The notes under the pieces were generated by a model. That model was not told where the DNA came from. It did not search any database and saw only the letters and a list, made by a program, of their open reading frames with translations. The position numbers were made by a program, and so were the translations under genes. A stretch of DNA of 64,000 bases from positions 186,746,001 through 186,810,000 of the forward strand of contig NC_086097.1 of assembly GCF_963921235.1 (NCBI RefSeq), written 5' to 3'. Position 1 is the first letter of the stretch. Every line of letters starts with the position of its first letter. Below are positions 13,244 through 26,006 of the stretch, piece after piece. Source of the stretch: Mobula hypostoma (taxonomy: Eukaryota).

Positions 13244-13524
13244 TGTAGCGGTGTGCTACACACAGCGCTAGAATAACGACACGTAGTCGGTGAGTTGGAG
13301 TTGCGATAAAAGAGATTTATTCAAACTTCGCAGCCTCCTTTAAAGACTTCCCGTTCCCGCCCTCCCCGGGCGGGACTGCTGTGGGGAATGCATATTCGCA
13401 GATCCTTCCCGCGCACGGGATTTTCCCCCTGCTGGTGAAGATGGCTTGGCGCCCTTTTTGGGGCCGGCCCGGCGCGCGCTGTTTCGTGAGCCAGTTCGAG
13501 TGTGCTGGAAAGTGGGTCGCCACA
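13244..13524 (-). repeat. 5' LTR, followed by primer-binding site
   Basis: Direct repeat of 9136..9423; TGGTGACACTG follows on the - strand, close to the tRNA-Trp PBS TGGTGACCCCG. Confidence 0.93.
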
Positions 13525-14904
13525 AAACAACATTATGCAAACTATGCCAGATGGAAATAAGTCCAGGACCAGCCTGTTGGCTTAGGGCGTCTGACCCTCT
13601 ATGGGAGGAGCTGCAAAGTTCGATGGCCACAGGCAGGAACAACCACCCATGACGCCCAGTATTGCATCTCAATGGAATATGGCCGGAGTCCAACAGCAAA
13701 AAGTTCAATATCCGGGCTACAAACACGTTCCTTGCTTACCGCTCTCAGTGCACTTCCGGTCAGCCCGAACGGTCTGGAAGCCCTCTATGGAAACATTTTG
13801 TTCGGGTATGTCCTCATGCAGCCACGTTTCAGTAGAACACATAACACTGCACTCGCGAAATGCTCTCTGACTCCTGGCTAGCGCCGTCAACTCGTCCATT
13901 TTATTACCCAGCGATCTCACATTGCCTATAATGAGAGGGGGAAGACACAGCTTATAACTCTTCTTCTCCATAAGTCTCTGTTGTCTCGACCCGGTCCTCT
14001 TCCCTGGCTTTTTTGATCCCCCTCTGCATCTTCTGTGTGTTTTCCTCCAGATTTCAGCTGGGGTGTCCGCCGCTCCGTTTGCTAAACCGGCTGGCATAAG
14101 CGCAATCAGCTGGTCCCTGGAGTAAACAATGCGACCATACTGCTGCCCCGCTGATGAGACGTGTCCGAATATAACTATTTCTAGACGCTAAAAACCCAAA
14201 TAAAACTCTCTCCACTGGCATGTTAGAGAGGTTGCAGCTTCAACGTGTTACTGTGAAAAGAAAATACAACAAGTAACGTAAGTTAAAAAAGTAAGAAAGC
14301 TAGTCGGAGCGGCTGTAACAGGCTGCATGCACGACCGGCGCATGCGCACTGAAAATTACAGTATATGAAATACTGTCCAAAAAAATTACATAGGAGTAGA
14401 AATATGGAAGTAATATGGAACTTCCTATGTAGATGGGTTATGTTTTTTTAAATAATCTTTAACCTGCATAGCTTGATAAATTCACACCGAAATTTTAGTG
14501 TTTTTATACTCAACTTCCTGACAGCAGCTTACATGGAAATTTCCAGTGGGCCGCAGTGGACTGAGCAAAAACATAATCAATAAAATCACAGCATGGTTTT
14601 CCTGGGAAACATATGCATAGCCCTTTCAAAGCATTGCTTCCACTTAAGAAACAGCGCTTCACATACTGTATATCCCATAGGTTACTTTTCCCAGCCTTTG
14701 TCCATTGGGGGTGCTTTAGCATTCAGTTAGGTCATGTAATTCAGTTTTAATAATGTTGCTTAGCTCCATATAACTTGATACCCAGATCTAAATTAAAAAA
14801 ACAACACTCTCAGTCATAAAATCATAGTCGATGACAGATGTCTTCATCATCCTACAGTGAAGATTACAGCATATGTTTGAGTCTATCCAGTTACCTTATG
14901 AGTC

Positions 14905-17358
14905 TATGGGAAAGTCAGGAAGGTAATGGATCTCAGGAGAGGGAGTTTGTAGAATGCCTACAGGATGGCTTTTTGGAGCAGCTTGTCCAGAAGCCCACCA
15001 GGGGACCGGCTGTTGTGGATTGGGTGCTGTGTAACGAACCTGAGGCGATTGGGGAGCTGGAAGTAAAGGAACCCCTTGGAAGTAGTGATCATAATTGATT
15101 GAGTTCAGTTTCAAATTTGAAAAGGAGAAGCTTGTATCAGGTGTATCGATATTTCAGTGGAACAGGGGAAATTACAGTGGTATGAGAGAGGAACTGGCCC
15201 AAGTCGATTGGAAAATTAAGCTAAATGGAGGGATGGCAGAGCAGAATTGGATGAAATTCCTACAAGAAATAAGGAAAATGCAGGAAAAATATATTCCAAG
15301 AAAAAAGAAAATCATGAATGGAAAAATGGCACAAATGTGGCTCACGAGAGAGGTTAAGGCAAATATAAAGCAAAAGAAACGTCGTACAAGGAAGCAAACG
15401 AACAAAGGGAAAAATGAGGACTGGAGACTTTTAAAAACTTACAGAAGGAAACTAAGAAAGTCATTAGGAAAGAAAAGATGAATTATGAAAGGAAGTTGGT
15501 GAGTAACATAAAAAAGGATACTAAGAGTTTTTTTTAAATATATGAAGAGTAAAAGAGTGACAAGGGTAGATACGGGACCGATTGAAAATGATGCTAGAGA
15601 AATTATAATGGATAACAAAGAGATGGTGGAGGAACTGAATGAGTATTTTGCATCAGTCTTCACAGTGGAAGACATGAGCAATATACCTGATAGCCAGAGG
15701 TATCAGGGAATAGAATTAGGTACAGTCAAGATTACTAGAGAGAAAGTGCTTGGGAAACTAAGTGGACTAAGAATAGGTAAGTCTCCCGGTCCGGATGAGG
15801 TGCACCCAAGGGTTCTGAAGGAGGTGGCTTTGGAGATAGTGGAAGCATTGGAAATGATCTTCCAGGAATCAATAGACTCTGGCATGGTTCCGGAGGACTG
15901 GAAGGTTGCAAATGTAGTTCCGCTATTTAAGAAAGGAAGGAGGCAGCAAAAAGAAAATTACAGAGCTATTAGTCTGACATCGGTAGTTGGAAAGATATTA
16001 GAGTCAATCCTCAAGGACGAGGTTATGAAATACCTCGAGGTGCATGACAAGATAGGCTGAAGCCAGCATGGTTTCATGAAGGGAAGATCCTGCCTCACCA
16101 ACCTATTGGAATTTTTTAAGGTAATCTCGAATAAGATTGACAAGGGAGAGGCTGTGGATGTTGTGTATTTGGATTTTCAAAAGGCCTTCGATAAGGTGCC
16201 GCATATGAGGCTGCTTAATGAGATGAGAGCCCATGGAATTATAGGAAAGATATTGAAATGGGTGGAGCATTGGCTGATAGGCAGAAAGCAAAGGGTGGGA
16301 ATAAAGGGATCCTATTCTGATTGGTTGCCGGTTACTAGTGGTGTTCCGCAGGGGTCGGTGTTGGGGCCGCTTCTTTTAACGAAATATCATTTGGATTATG
16401 GATTAAATGATTTTGTGGCTAAGTTTGCGGATGACACCAAGATAGGTGGAGGAGCAGGAAATGTTGAAGAAACAGAATGGTTGCAGAGAGACTTAGTTAG
16501 TTTAGGAGAGTGGACAAAGAAATGGCAGATGAGATACAATGTTGACAAATGTACGGTTGTACATTTCAGAAGAAGAAATAATCAGGCAGATTATTATTTA
16601 GATGGGGAGAAAATTCAAAAATTGGAAGTGCAAAGGAACTTGGGGGTCCTCGTGCAGGATACCCTAAAGGTTAACCACCAAGTTGGATCGGTGGTAAGGA
16701 AAGCGAATGCTATGTTGGCATTCATTTCAAGAGGAATAGTGTATAAGAGTAAGGAGGTGTTGATGAGGCTCTATGGGGCATTAGTGAGACCTCATTTGGA
16801 ATACTGTGTGCAGTTTTGGGCCCCCTATCTTAGAAAGGATGTACTGATGTTGGAGAGAGTTCAGAGAAGATTTACGAGGATGATTCCTGGAATGCAGGGG
16901 CTAACCTATGAGGAGCGTTTGTCGGCTCTTGGATTGTATTCATTAGAGTATAGAAGAATCAGAGAGGATCTCATAGAAACGTTTCGAATGTTGAAAGGGT
17001 TAGACAGGGTAGATGTGGAAAGGTTGTTTCCCTTGGTGATTGAGTCCAGGACAAGAGGCCATAGTCTTAGAATTAGAGGGTACCCAGTTAAAACAGAGAT
17101 GACGAGAATTTTTTTTAGCCAGAGAGTCGTGTATTTGTGAAATTCGTTGCCACATACAGCTGTAGAGGCCCGATCATTGAGGGTGTTTAAGGAGAAAATT
17201 GACAGGTATCTAATTGGTGAGGGTATCAAGGGTTATGGCGAAAAATGCCGGAAATTGGAACTGGATGGGTGAATAGTTTAGCTCATGGGGGAGCTGCGGA
17301 GCAGACTTGATGGGCCGAATGGCCTACTTCTGCTCCTTTGTCTTGTGATCTTGTGACT
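14905..17358 (+). mobile_element. CR1 LINE, 5'-truncated
   Basis: LGSSDHN endonuclease end, KSPGPDEVHPRVLKE, GVPQGSVLGP, KFADDTK; (TCTTGTGA)2 tail. Confidence 0.93.
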
Positions 17359-17479
17359 TGAAACAACCATTGAGAGGCATTATTATATTCAATCACTCCA
17401 CAGTAGTTAAATATGTGTGGCTCTATTATCCTATTGCCATATTCTTTCGTATTCAATGCTATGATCAGTTTTTTTTTAT

Positions 17480-17722
17480 TATTTAGAGAGAGAGCATTGT
17501 ACCAGACCCTTCAAGCCCATTGAGTCCGTGCCATACAATGATATCCATATGACCAATTAACCTACTAACCTGTACATCTTTGCATTGTGTGGAGGAAACC
17601 AGAGCACCAGGAGGAAACCTACGCAGTCACGGGGAGAATGTACAAACTCCCTAGAGACAATGACGGGATTTGAACCCAGGTTGCTAGCGCTGTGCTAACT
17701 ACTAAACTGTCATGACACCCCA
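17480..17722 (-). mobile_element. tRNA-derived SINE with V-SINE-like core
   Basis: - strand B-box GGTTCAAATCC followed by ggagtttgtacattctccccgtgactgcgtaggtttcctcctggtgctctggtttcctcc. Confidence 0.75.
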
Positions 17723-17786
17723 GGTTTTGGCTTTAATTTGTGTTCTATGTCAGAAGAGATTTACATATTAATTTTTTCTCTTGTCA

Positions 17787-18268
17787 AACCTTCAAGAGGA
17801 CCACAACCTTGTCACAGGGTTTGGAGGCTTGCCTGCCTCCATGACCCAGAGAGCTATGTTGGCTAGAGTCAGAGCCTTGTGCTTTGACTCTTGGTAGGAT
17901 CACCCATGCCAAACAGGTCAAAGGGCAGAGGCCAGACTAATATTGGTCCACCGGTCCTCCAGGTTTGGGGGGTTCAACTCGGGGCTAACAACCCTGACTG
18001 GTCAAAATTTATTTTTTTTTTATGGAAACAGCAGTGAAGAATCTTGTATCTGTGTGCGATAGTATTCCTCAGTCCCCACCTGGATTTGCATAACTGACAG
18101 TAGTGAAAACCGAGAGGAAGCTACTGGCACAATGAAGGAAGTTCTGAACATTGCCAAGATCAAACTAAACCCTGGAGCACAATAGAAAAGATAGCCAAGG
18201 ACAGACAGAGATAGACAACCTTCATTGCTGCCTTAAGCATCAGTGGCGTTACAGGCAGTGACTAACTA
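17787..18268 (+). mobile_element. Non-autonomous RTE-derived element (5' UTR plus 3' end)
   Basis: 12-bp TSD TTTCTCTTGTCA (17775-17786, 18269-18280); RTE/Bov-B-like head (ggaccacaaccttgtc...cacccatgccaaacaggtc); (ACTA) tail. Confidence 0.7.
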
Positions 18269-19229
18269 TTTCTCTTGTCAGAAAAGAGTGCAGTGATAAT
18301 GAGATATAAATTCTTCACGGTAGCTTAGTTTGTTGAGGATGTCCTTAACATTGAATGGCTACCTGTATGTTTGATGTAATCTACAATGATCCTGTTGAGA
18401 GTGGCACGTGGAATTGATCTTTGCACTTCTGGAAATTAGTAAATTGGTAAGCACATTCTCTTCCTTTAAGGCACTGTAGATGTGGTCAAGGAACTTAAGC
18501 CTTACAGAACCAAGCATGAATAAATGACCAAATACAAGGTCTCCCTCTCATACCTTGGCCACATCAGTAAAAGTGATCTCAGCAACTTAGGATTGTTTTT
18601 GGATCACCCAGTGGGACATTACATTTGATGGATTAACTCTCATTTCCATTCAGCATTCAAATATACATTAAGAATTTGCACATTATGTGGGACTTCCACT
18701 AATTTGGGCAGAAATGTTACTCATCTGTGTGCTGTTTGTAAATCAATGATCAAAGATGTTGTCAGAATAGGTTCTGAGTGCTGCATGGCATTTTCAGCTT
18801 GCACCTACCTATTTGAAAACAAACATGAAAATGAATCTCTTAATACTTGTGTTCCATTAACATGCCATTTTCCTATGAACTTGTTAAATAGAAACACGGT
18901 TGCCTTGAATTTTGCCTTTTCTTAGAGTCACAATTTGAATCATTTAATATTGAAGGAAAGTACTGAATTTGTTATATCAGTTCTGGATATCTGAAAGGGT
19001 TATTCAATTGTTCTTACACTCCCACTGTTTTCCTGTAGTGCTGTGATTTACTACAGGTCAAGAGTATTTTCAGATTCCTTTGATATTACTATTAATATAG
19101 GTTCCACTACTTTTCAAAACACAGCAACTCATTGTGCCAAACATATTCTGAATTCTAACTGGAACATCAGGCACTTAGGTTAAACCTGTGACATCAGATT
19201 AGTTGCACCTTCCATCTGCTCCACCTGTC

Positions 19230-19645
19230 ATAGGATGAAATTACTTAATACAAAAACCAGCCTCCCCTTCATTGACTCTGTCTATACCTCCTGCAGACTT
19301 GGTAAAGCTGCCAACATAATCAAGGACCCCTCCCATCACAGTCATTCTTTTTTCTCCCCTCATGGGACAGAAATTAAAAAAGCTTGCAAACACATACCAT
19401 CAGACTCACTGACAACTTCTGTCATGCTTTTATAAATTCATTGAATGGATCTCTTATATGCTAAAAGTGAACTTTTAATCTCTTTATGGCCTTTGCACTT
19501 TTACTCGTCTACCTGCGTGGCACTTTCTCTGTAATTGTAACACTGTTATCCATTCTGTTTTCTTTTTGTACTACCTTGATATGCTGATGTATGGAATGAT
19601 CTGCTTTTCGCTTTTTTGGTATAGGTGACAATAATAAACTGATTA
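19230..19645 (+). mobile_element. Rex/Babar-type LINE 3' remnant
   Basis: SCRLGKAANIIKDPSHHSHSFF matches the family C-terminus; ends gtgacaataataaac. Confidence 0.6.
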
Positions 19646-19847
19646 TTTGAATAATCTGTTTGTTTTCAGATATTCCAACACAGGATTTTGGTTTCTTTTT
19701 GGCTTCATTATTTAATTCAGATTACAAGATAATTCCCTGTGCATAATTTTATTTTACAAAAATATCTTATCCACTGTGACTATTTGTGACCAGCTCTTAA
19801 TATCATGAAATCTCTAATTGCAGTTAATAATGTCACTTGTCTTGCAG

Positions 19848-20035
19848 CACAAGAGGCTGAATACTGCTATAATTTTTGGTGGAGGAGACGCTAAAGTTTT
19901 GGAGAGTACTGGATCAAATACTTTGCCAATTGAAGCAGCAGGAAGTTGTGTTGTTGATATTGGTATATCAGATTCTCAGAAAATTTCAAATTCAATGGAA
20001 AAATGGATCGAGTCTGTAATGAGAGCATTGCAACG
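19848..20035 (+). CDS. NBN: Nibrin exon (exon 7 equivalent, BRCT2, SQ site like human S278)
   Basis: ttgcag|CAC...CAACG|gtatga, 188 bp; HKRLNTAIIFGGGDAKVL...CVVDIGISDSQ...KWIESVMRALQR. Confidence 0.95.
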
Positions 20036-20129
20036 GTATGAAATGTATCTTTATGGAGAATATAAATCAATGATTAACACTGAAGGGAGAGCAACAAATC
20101 AACATCCAGAGATTAAGTATTTGAATGTT

Positions 20130-21480
20130 TATAGAAACATAGAAAAACCTACAGCACAATACAGGCCCTAAGGCCCATAAAGTTGTGCCAAACATGTCCC
20201 TACCTTAGAAATTACTAGGGTTATCCATAGCCCTCTATTTTTCTAAGCTCCATGTACCTATCCAAAAGTCTCTTAAAAGACCCTATCGTATCCACCTTCA
20301 CCAACGTTGCCGGCAGCCCATTCCACACACTCACCACTCTCTGTGTAAAAAAACTTAGTCCTGACATCTCCTCTGTACCTACTCCCAAGCACCTTAACCT
20401 TGCGCCCTCTTGTGGCAGCCATTTCAGCCTTGGGAAAAAGCCTCTAACTATCCACACAATCAATGCCTCTCATCATCTTATACACCTCAATCAGGTCACC
20501 TCTCATCCTCCGTCGCTCCAAGGAGAAAAGGCCGAATTCACTCTACCTGTTTTCATAAGGCATGCTCCCCAATCCAGGCAACATCCTTGTAAATCTCCTT
20601 TGCACCCTTTCTGTGGTTCCCACATCCTTCCTGTAGTGAGGCGATCAGAACTGAGCACAGTACTCCAAGTGGAGTCTGACCAGGGTCCTATATAGCTGCA
20701 ACATTACCTCTCAGCTCCTAAATTCAATTCCATTATTGATGAAGGCCAATACACCGTATGCCTTCTTAACCATAGAATCAACCTGCGCAGTTGCTTTGAG
20801 CGTCCTGTGGTCTCAGACCTCAAGATCCCTCTGATCCTCCACACAGCCAAGAGTCTTACCATTAATACTATATTCTGCCATCATATTTGACCTACCAAAA
20901 TGAACCACTTCACACTTATCTGGGTTGAACTCCATCTGCCACTTCTCAGCCCAGTTTTGCATTCTATCAGTGCCCCGCTGTAACCTCTGACAGCCCTCCA
21001 CACTATACACAACACCTCCAACCTTTGTGCTATCAGCATACTTACTAATCCATCCCTGCACTTGCTCATCCAGATCACTTATAAAAATCATGAAGAGTAA
21101 GGGTCCCAGAACAGATCCCTGAGGCACACCACAAGACACCAACCTCCATCTAGAATATGACCCGTCTACAACCACTCTTTGCCTTTTGTGGGCAAGCCAG
21201 TTCTGGATCCACAAAGCAATGTCCCCTTGGATCCCATGCCTCCTTACTTGTTCAGTAAGCCTTGCATGGGATACGTTATCAAATGCCTTGCTGAAATCCA
21301 TATACACTACATCTACTGCTCTTCCTTCATCATTGTGTTTAGTCACATCCTCAAAAAATTCAATCAGGCTCGTAAGGCACGACCTGCCTTTGACAAAGCT
21401 ATGCTGACTATTCCTAATCATATTATACTGCTCCAAATGTTCATAAATCCTGCCCCTCAGGATCTTCTCCATCAACTTAC
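20130..21480 (-). mobile_element. CR1 LINE, 5'-truncated
   Basis: SQHSFVKGRSCLTSLIEFFE...GVPQGSVLGP...KYADSTK; (TTTCTATG)n tail. Confidence 0.92.
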
Positions 21481-22426
21481 CAATATTTACAATATTTTCT
21501 AGGAAAAATCGTATAAATTAGGTGATTATCGAAAATATTTATCCATTGTTTCTACTTTAATATAAAAGGGAACTGCCTGGTAGATCTGGCACTGGTCTAA
21601 CAATTCAGGGACATGAGCTTAAATAACATCAGTTTACATTGTGAAATTAAGTTTAGAACCTGTTTTGCTGGTTCAGATCTTGCTATACCTCTTTATATCA
21701 CTACTGTCGGGCAGAGGTACAGGAGCCTGAAGACCCACAGTCAACATTTTAGGAATAGCTTCTCCCCCCCCCCCCCCCGATAGAGTTCTGCACAGTCCAT
21801 GAACCAATGAATATTTCCTATTTCCTTGTTTTTTTTTGTACTTCACTATTAATATATTTTTGTAATTTAGAGTAACTATGATGCCTTTCATTGTACTCCT
21901 GCAAAATAACCAATTTTCAAGACGTATGTCAGTGATAATAAATCTGATTTTGATTTTGCCTGTATTTGCCTGATCTGGATGCAAAGGGTCCTTCTGGCTG
22001 GCATGAAGCAAACCAGATTCCATCAGTGTGGCTGGTGCAGTGAAAAGGCCTGCAGCAGTGAAGCCCTGTCCTCCAAGCGACCAAAAACTGAAAGCCAGTA
22101 AAGCTCTACTCCTATTCCCATCTAAGTAACTAAATTCTATTTATTCAGTTTATATCTAGTAGATTTGTTAACAGATATGTAAATCTGAGCTATTCTTCAT
22201 ATTAAAAAACTCATAAAGGTTGGACTAGAGTAAATAGGTAAATATTACAGTCAACAGCTTCAAATAATTTTGTTCCAATATTGCATTGGCACTTTTAAAA
22301 CTACAAATATCTGCTCAGCACACTGGGGTGGATTTCTTTAGGTCTTGTTGCTTCAGTGTGTTTTTGTTCATGGTTGGGTTTCCTTTTGATTGTACATATT
22401 TAAACCAGAATGTTTTCTGTTTGTAG

Positions 22427-22524
22427 AAATGGATTGCGTGCAATACCCGAGGCAGAAATTGGTTTAGCTGTTATCTACAGTTCAACAGATAATTACTGTA
22501 ACCCGCACAAAAAGCCTATTTGTG
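22427..22524 (+). CDS. NBN: Nibrin exon (exon 8 equivalent)
   Basis: ttgtag|A...TGTG|gtaagt, 98 bp; [26 protein letters not shown]. Confidence 0.95.
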
Positions 22525-22657
22525 GTAAGTTTAGTTCAAGTGATTTTGGCTCAAAGTGTGGCTGAAAAATACAGAGATGTCCAGAAAGACAAAAATGCAG
22601 ATTCAAGGTTGCTGTATTTTCTAACATGACGTTTTTTTATTACAATAAATACAAATA

Positions 22658-23065
22658 CACTGGATTCCGGTTAATCGGGGCAGCTGCTTATTTGGAACAA
22701 CTCTTAAAGAACTAATGCTAACCAAGACAATAGCTGGGACTCCCTTCGTTAATTTGGGACATGATGCTGTTTAATTAGGACAGCAGCTTTGCCAAACAGT
22801 TTCTAACTTGCATTAGTCATGTGCACTTGTGAGGCTGTTAAACACTACACCATACTTCAAGCAAACAGTTTTTAAATTCTGTTTGTTGTATGTGCCTGTG
22901 TTCAAAGAGCAGTGACTTTTGTCTCTGATAGTTGGTGAAAAATAAGCAGTAAGCCAATTCAGAACTATTTTGCTCACTGTTATTTCAAGCGTTCAGGCTT
23001 GGAGATGCCAGAAACGGCCAAGAGTGAAAATGAAACAATTTCACGACTTCATCAAATTAGAAATT
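22658..23065 (+). mobile_element. Tigger/pogo-like DNA transposon fragment
   Basis: TA then TIR CACTGGATTCCGGTTAAT; transposase C-terminal remnant homologous to 32738 and 50821 copies. Confidence 0.65.
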
Positions 23066-24380
23066 ATAGACCAGTTAACTTGACTTCAGTGGTTGGGAAG
23101 ATATTGGAGTCCATTTTAAGGATGAGTTTTCAGGGTATTTGGAGGCAATGATAAAATAGGCCAAAGTCAGCGAGGTTTCCTTAAGAGAAAATCTTGCCTG
23201 ACAAATCTGCTGGAATTCTTTGAGGATAGACAAAGGAGAGTCAGTGGATGTTATTTACTTGTGCTTTCAGAAGGCCTTTGATGAGATATTACACATGAAA
23301 CTGTTTAACAAGATAAAAGCCCATGGTATTAAAAGAAAAATGCAAGTATGGATAGAAGATTGGTTGACTAGCAGGAGGCAAGGAGTGGAAATAAAGAGGG
23401 CCTTATCTGCTTGGCTATCTGACTTGTGTTCTCTAGAGGTTGCTGTTAAGACCACTCCTTTTCACATTATATGTCAGTGATTTAGATGATAGGATTGAAG
23501 GGTTTGTGGCCAAGTTTGCAGACGATACGAAGATAGGTGGAGGGGCAGATAGTGTTGTGGAAGCTGCAAAAGGACTTAGATGGATTGAGAGATAGGTAAA
23601 GAAGTGGTAGATGAAATATAGCGTAGGGAAGTGTATGGTTATGCACTTGTGTGGAAGGAATAGAAGCATAAATTATTTTCTATACAGTAAGAAAATTCAG
23701 AAATTAGAGGTGCAAAGGAAGTTGGTAGTCTTCGTGCAGGATTCTCTAAAGGTTAACTTGCAGGTTGAGTCAGTGGTAAGGAAGGCAAATGCAATGTTAG
23801 CATTAATTTCAAGAGGACAAGAATATATGAGCGTGAATTGATGCTGAGGCTTTATAAGGCATTGTTTAATCTGCAGTTGGAGTATTGTGAGCAATTTGGG
23901 GGCCCTTATCTGAGAAAAAATGTGCTGGTATTGGAGAGGTCCAGAGGAGGTTCATGAGGAGAGTTTGATGACCCATGCCTGTATTCACTGGAGTTTAGAA
24001 GAATGGTGGGGGGAGGGGAGAATCTCATTGAAACCTAAAGGATATTGAAAGGCCAAGATAGAGTGGATGTTGAAGTAATGTCCCCTATAGTGGGGGAGTC
24101 TAGAACCTGAGGGAACAAACTCAGAATAGAGGGACGTCCATTTAGAATAGAGATAAGGAAGAATTTCTTTAGCCAGGTGGTAGTGAATCTGTGGAATACA
24201 TTGCCAGAGATGACTGTGGAGGCCAAGTCATTGGATATATTTAAAGTAGATTTTGATTGGTTTTTGATTAGTCAGGGCGTCGAAGGTTACAGAGAGAAGG
24301 CAGGAGAATAGGGTTGGGAGGGATCAACCGTGATGCAATGGCCGAGCAGACTCTGGGCCGATTGGCCTTATGGTCTTATA
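23066..24380 (+). mobile_element. CR1 LINE, degenerate
   Basis: DKGESVDVIYLCFQKAFD, KVNLQVESVVRKANAML; CTTATGGT-type tail. Confidence 0.88.
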
Positions 24381-24659
24381 AGGACACAACAGTTCATAAA
24401 AATGTGTAGTTGAAACATACTGATCTATAACAATGCACGAAGGATGCATGTTTCCTTTAATTTTAATTTTATTTTCATCTTCACTGAAGAATGAATCACT
24501 GAGCATACTCATGGAATATACTGGAAAGGATGTATTTATCTGCTTTCCGTTGTCAGGAGTAAAAAAAAGGCTGTGTTTTCCTGAATCATTATAATTTTTC
24601 ATTTGGTTGGATAGAAGAAGTAAATTATTTCATTATGGGCAATGTTCTTTCCTTTATAG

Positions 24660-24783
24660 AAACTAGTTCACGAACAATGATTCCAGGTCCTACACTCTCT
24701 CAAAGTGACATGATAGCTCCGGAGTTGTCACAAACTATTGCATGTGTTCCAGATACCCAACCAACGCAGGATCAAAGGACAAG
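24660..24783 (+). CDS. NBN: Nibrin exon (exon 9 equivalent, SQ site like human S343); probable GC donor
   Basis: ttatag|AA...ACAAG|gcatgt, 124 bp; ETSSRTMIPGPTLSQSDMIAPELSQTIACVPDTQPTQ (human PGPSLSQ); phase-2 end needed to join the next exon. Confidence 0.85.
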
Positions 24784-26006
24784 GCATGTACAGTTTTTCA
24801 GCCACTGTGTCTAATTGACTGGATCTCTTAAAATTACTGACAAAGTCAGTAGTGTTCAAAACCATAGAAAGCGTATTGAAGTTATGGAAAATAGCAACAT
24901 AGATTTAGTAGGCTGTTGCAAACATTACTCTCATTACAAACATTTCAAGCTACCTTCATTGGTGCATGTATACTTGAAATTAATCTATTTAGTATTCTGA
25001 AAGAATATGAGAGCAAATATTGAAAATATTTCTGTTGATTGTACATTTGTTAAGAAGGAAACATTAATGCAACAGATCTGCAGATGCTGTGAAATCCAGA
25101 GTAATATACACACAATACTGGGGAAACTCAGCAGATCAGCAGCATCAATGGAGAAGAATAAACTGTCGATGTTTTGGGCCAGGACCCTTAATCGGTACTG
25201 ATGTGGATTAGCTGCCATTGGCTAATCAGTGGTTCTATCAGTGATTTTTTTTTTCCCAGTGGTGTTCTTAGAAGCACAGTATTAAACTCTTTAATTTAGT
25301 TCTGAAGAAGCATCCCAAGGCTGAATGTTAAATGCATCTTTTTCAGAAGCTGCCTTATCTGCTGAGTGTTACCAGAACTTTTTGTTTCTATTTATTTCCT
25401 TCATCTGCAGACCTATATATTATTTTCTGTGAAGTTAGTGCTTCAGACCAGTGTTTTTCACCATTGACCTGAAGTTTTTACTCTTATTATTTCTCCACAG
25501 ACACAGTCTGACATGACGAACCTTACCAATATTTATTTTACGCTTTGTAACTGAAAGTCAGACAGTAGATGGAGCAGTTGTCTTGCTGTATGTGTGTTTT
25601 GCCTCTGTTATTAGTAAATGCAGTGTTAAAGTTGCACAGCATGAAACAAGTCCTTTGCACTGTGTATATTCTAACCGTCATGTCTCTACTAATCCACTTC
25701 TCTGTATAAATTTCATATCCCTCTATGCCTTGCTGATATATGTTTCTGTCCGGATGCCTCTTAAATTTACTGTTACCGGGTCTAGGCCCGAAACGTCGAT
25801 ATCTATTCATTTCCATAGATGCTGTTTGACCTGCTGAATTCCTCCAGCATTTTGTGTGCATTGCTTTGGATTTCCAGCATCTGCAGATTTTCTTGACTTT
25901 ATAACCTTCCAAGGGACCACTGTATATCAAAGATTCTATACATTTTAAAGAAATGATGTAAAATAATTTGATAATTAGCTATATGAAATGCTGTCAAATT
26001 TTACAG

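Larger units (their letters stand above)
9136..13524 (-). mobile_element. Gypsy/Ty3 LTR retrotransposon, CsRn1-like, full length but degenerate
   Basis: Two TG...CA LTRs; gag, protease (FLVDTGA), RT (YLDD), RNase H (FTDHKPL), integrase (HVDIVGPL, SDRG, NGLVERFH) in Gypsy order; near 4-bp TSD AGAC/AAAC; several stops and frameshifts. Confidence 0.95.
9018..14345 (-). mobile_element. Internally deleted Rex/Babar-type LINE, interrupted by the Gypsy element
   Basis: Endonuclease start (IIGNVRSLGNKMDEL...ETWL) at 13717-14097, joined to RT C-terminus (PLRCNTGRH...FLPVAIEL); (TATC)n tail at 9018-9038; 3' end matches the copy at 29452. Confidence 0.8.
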
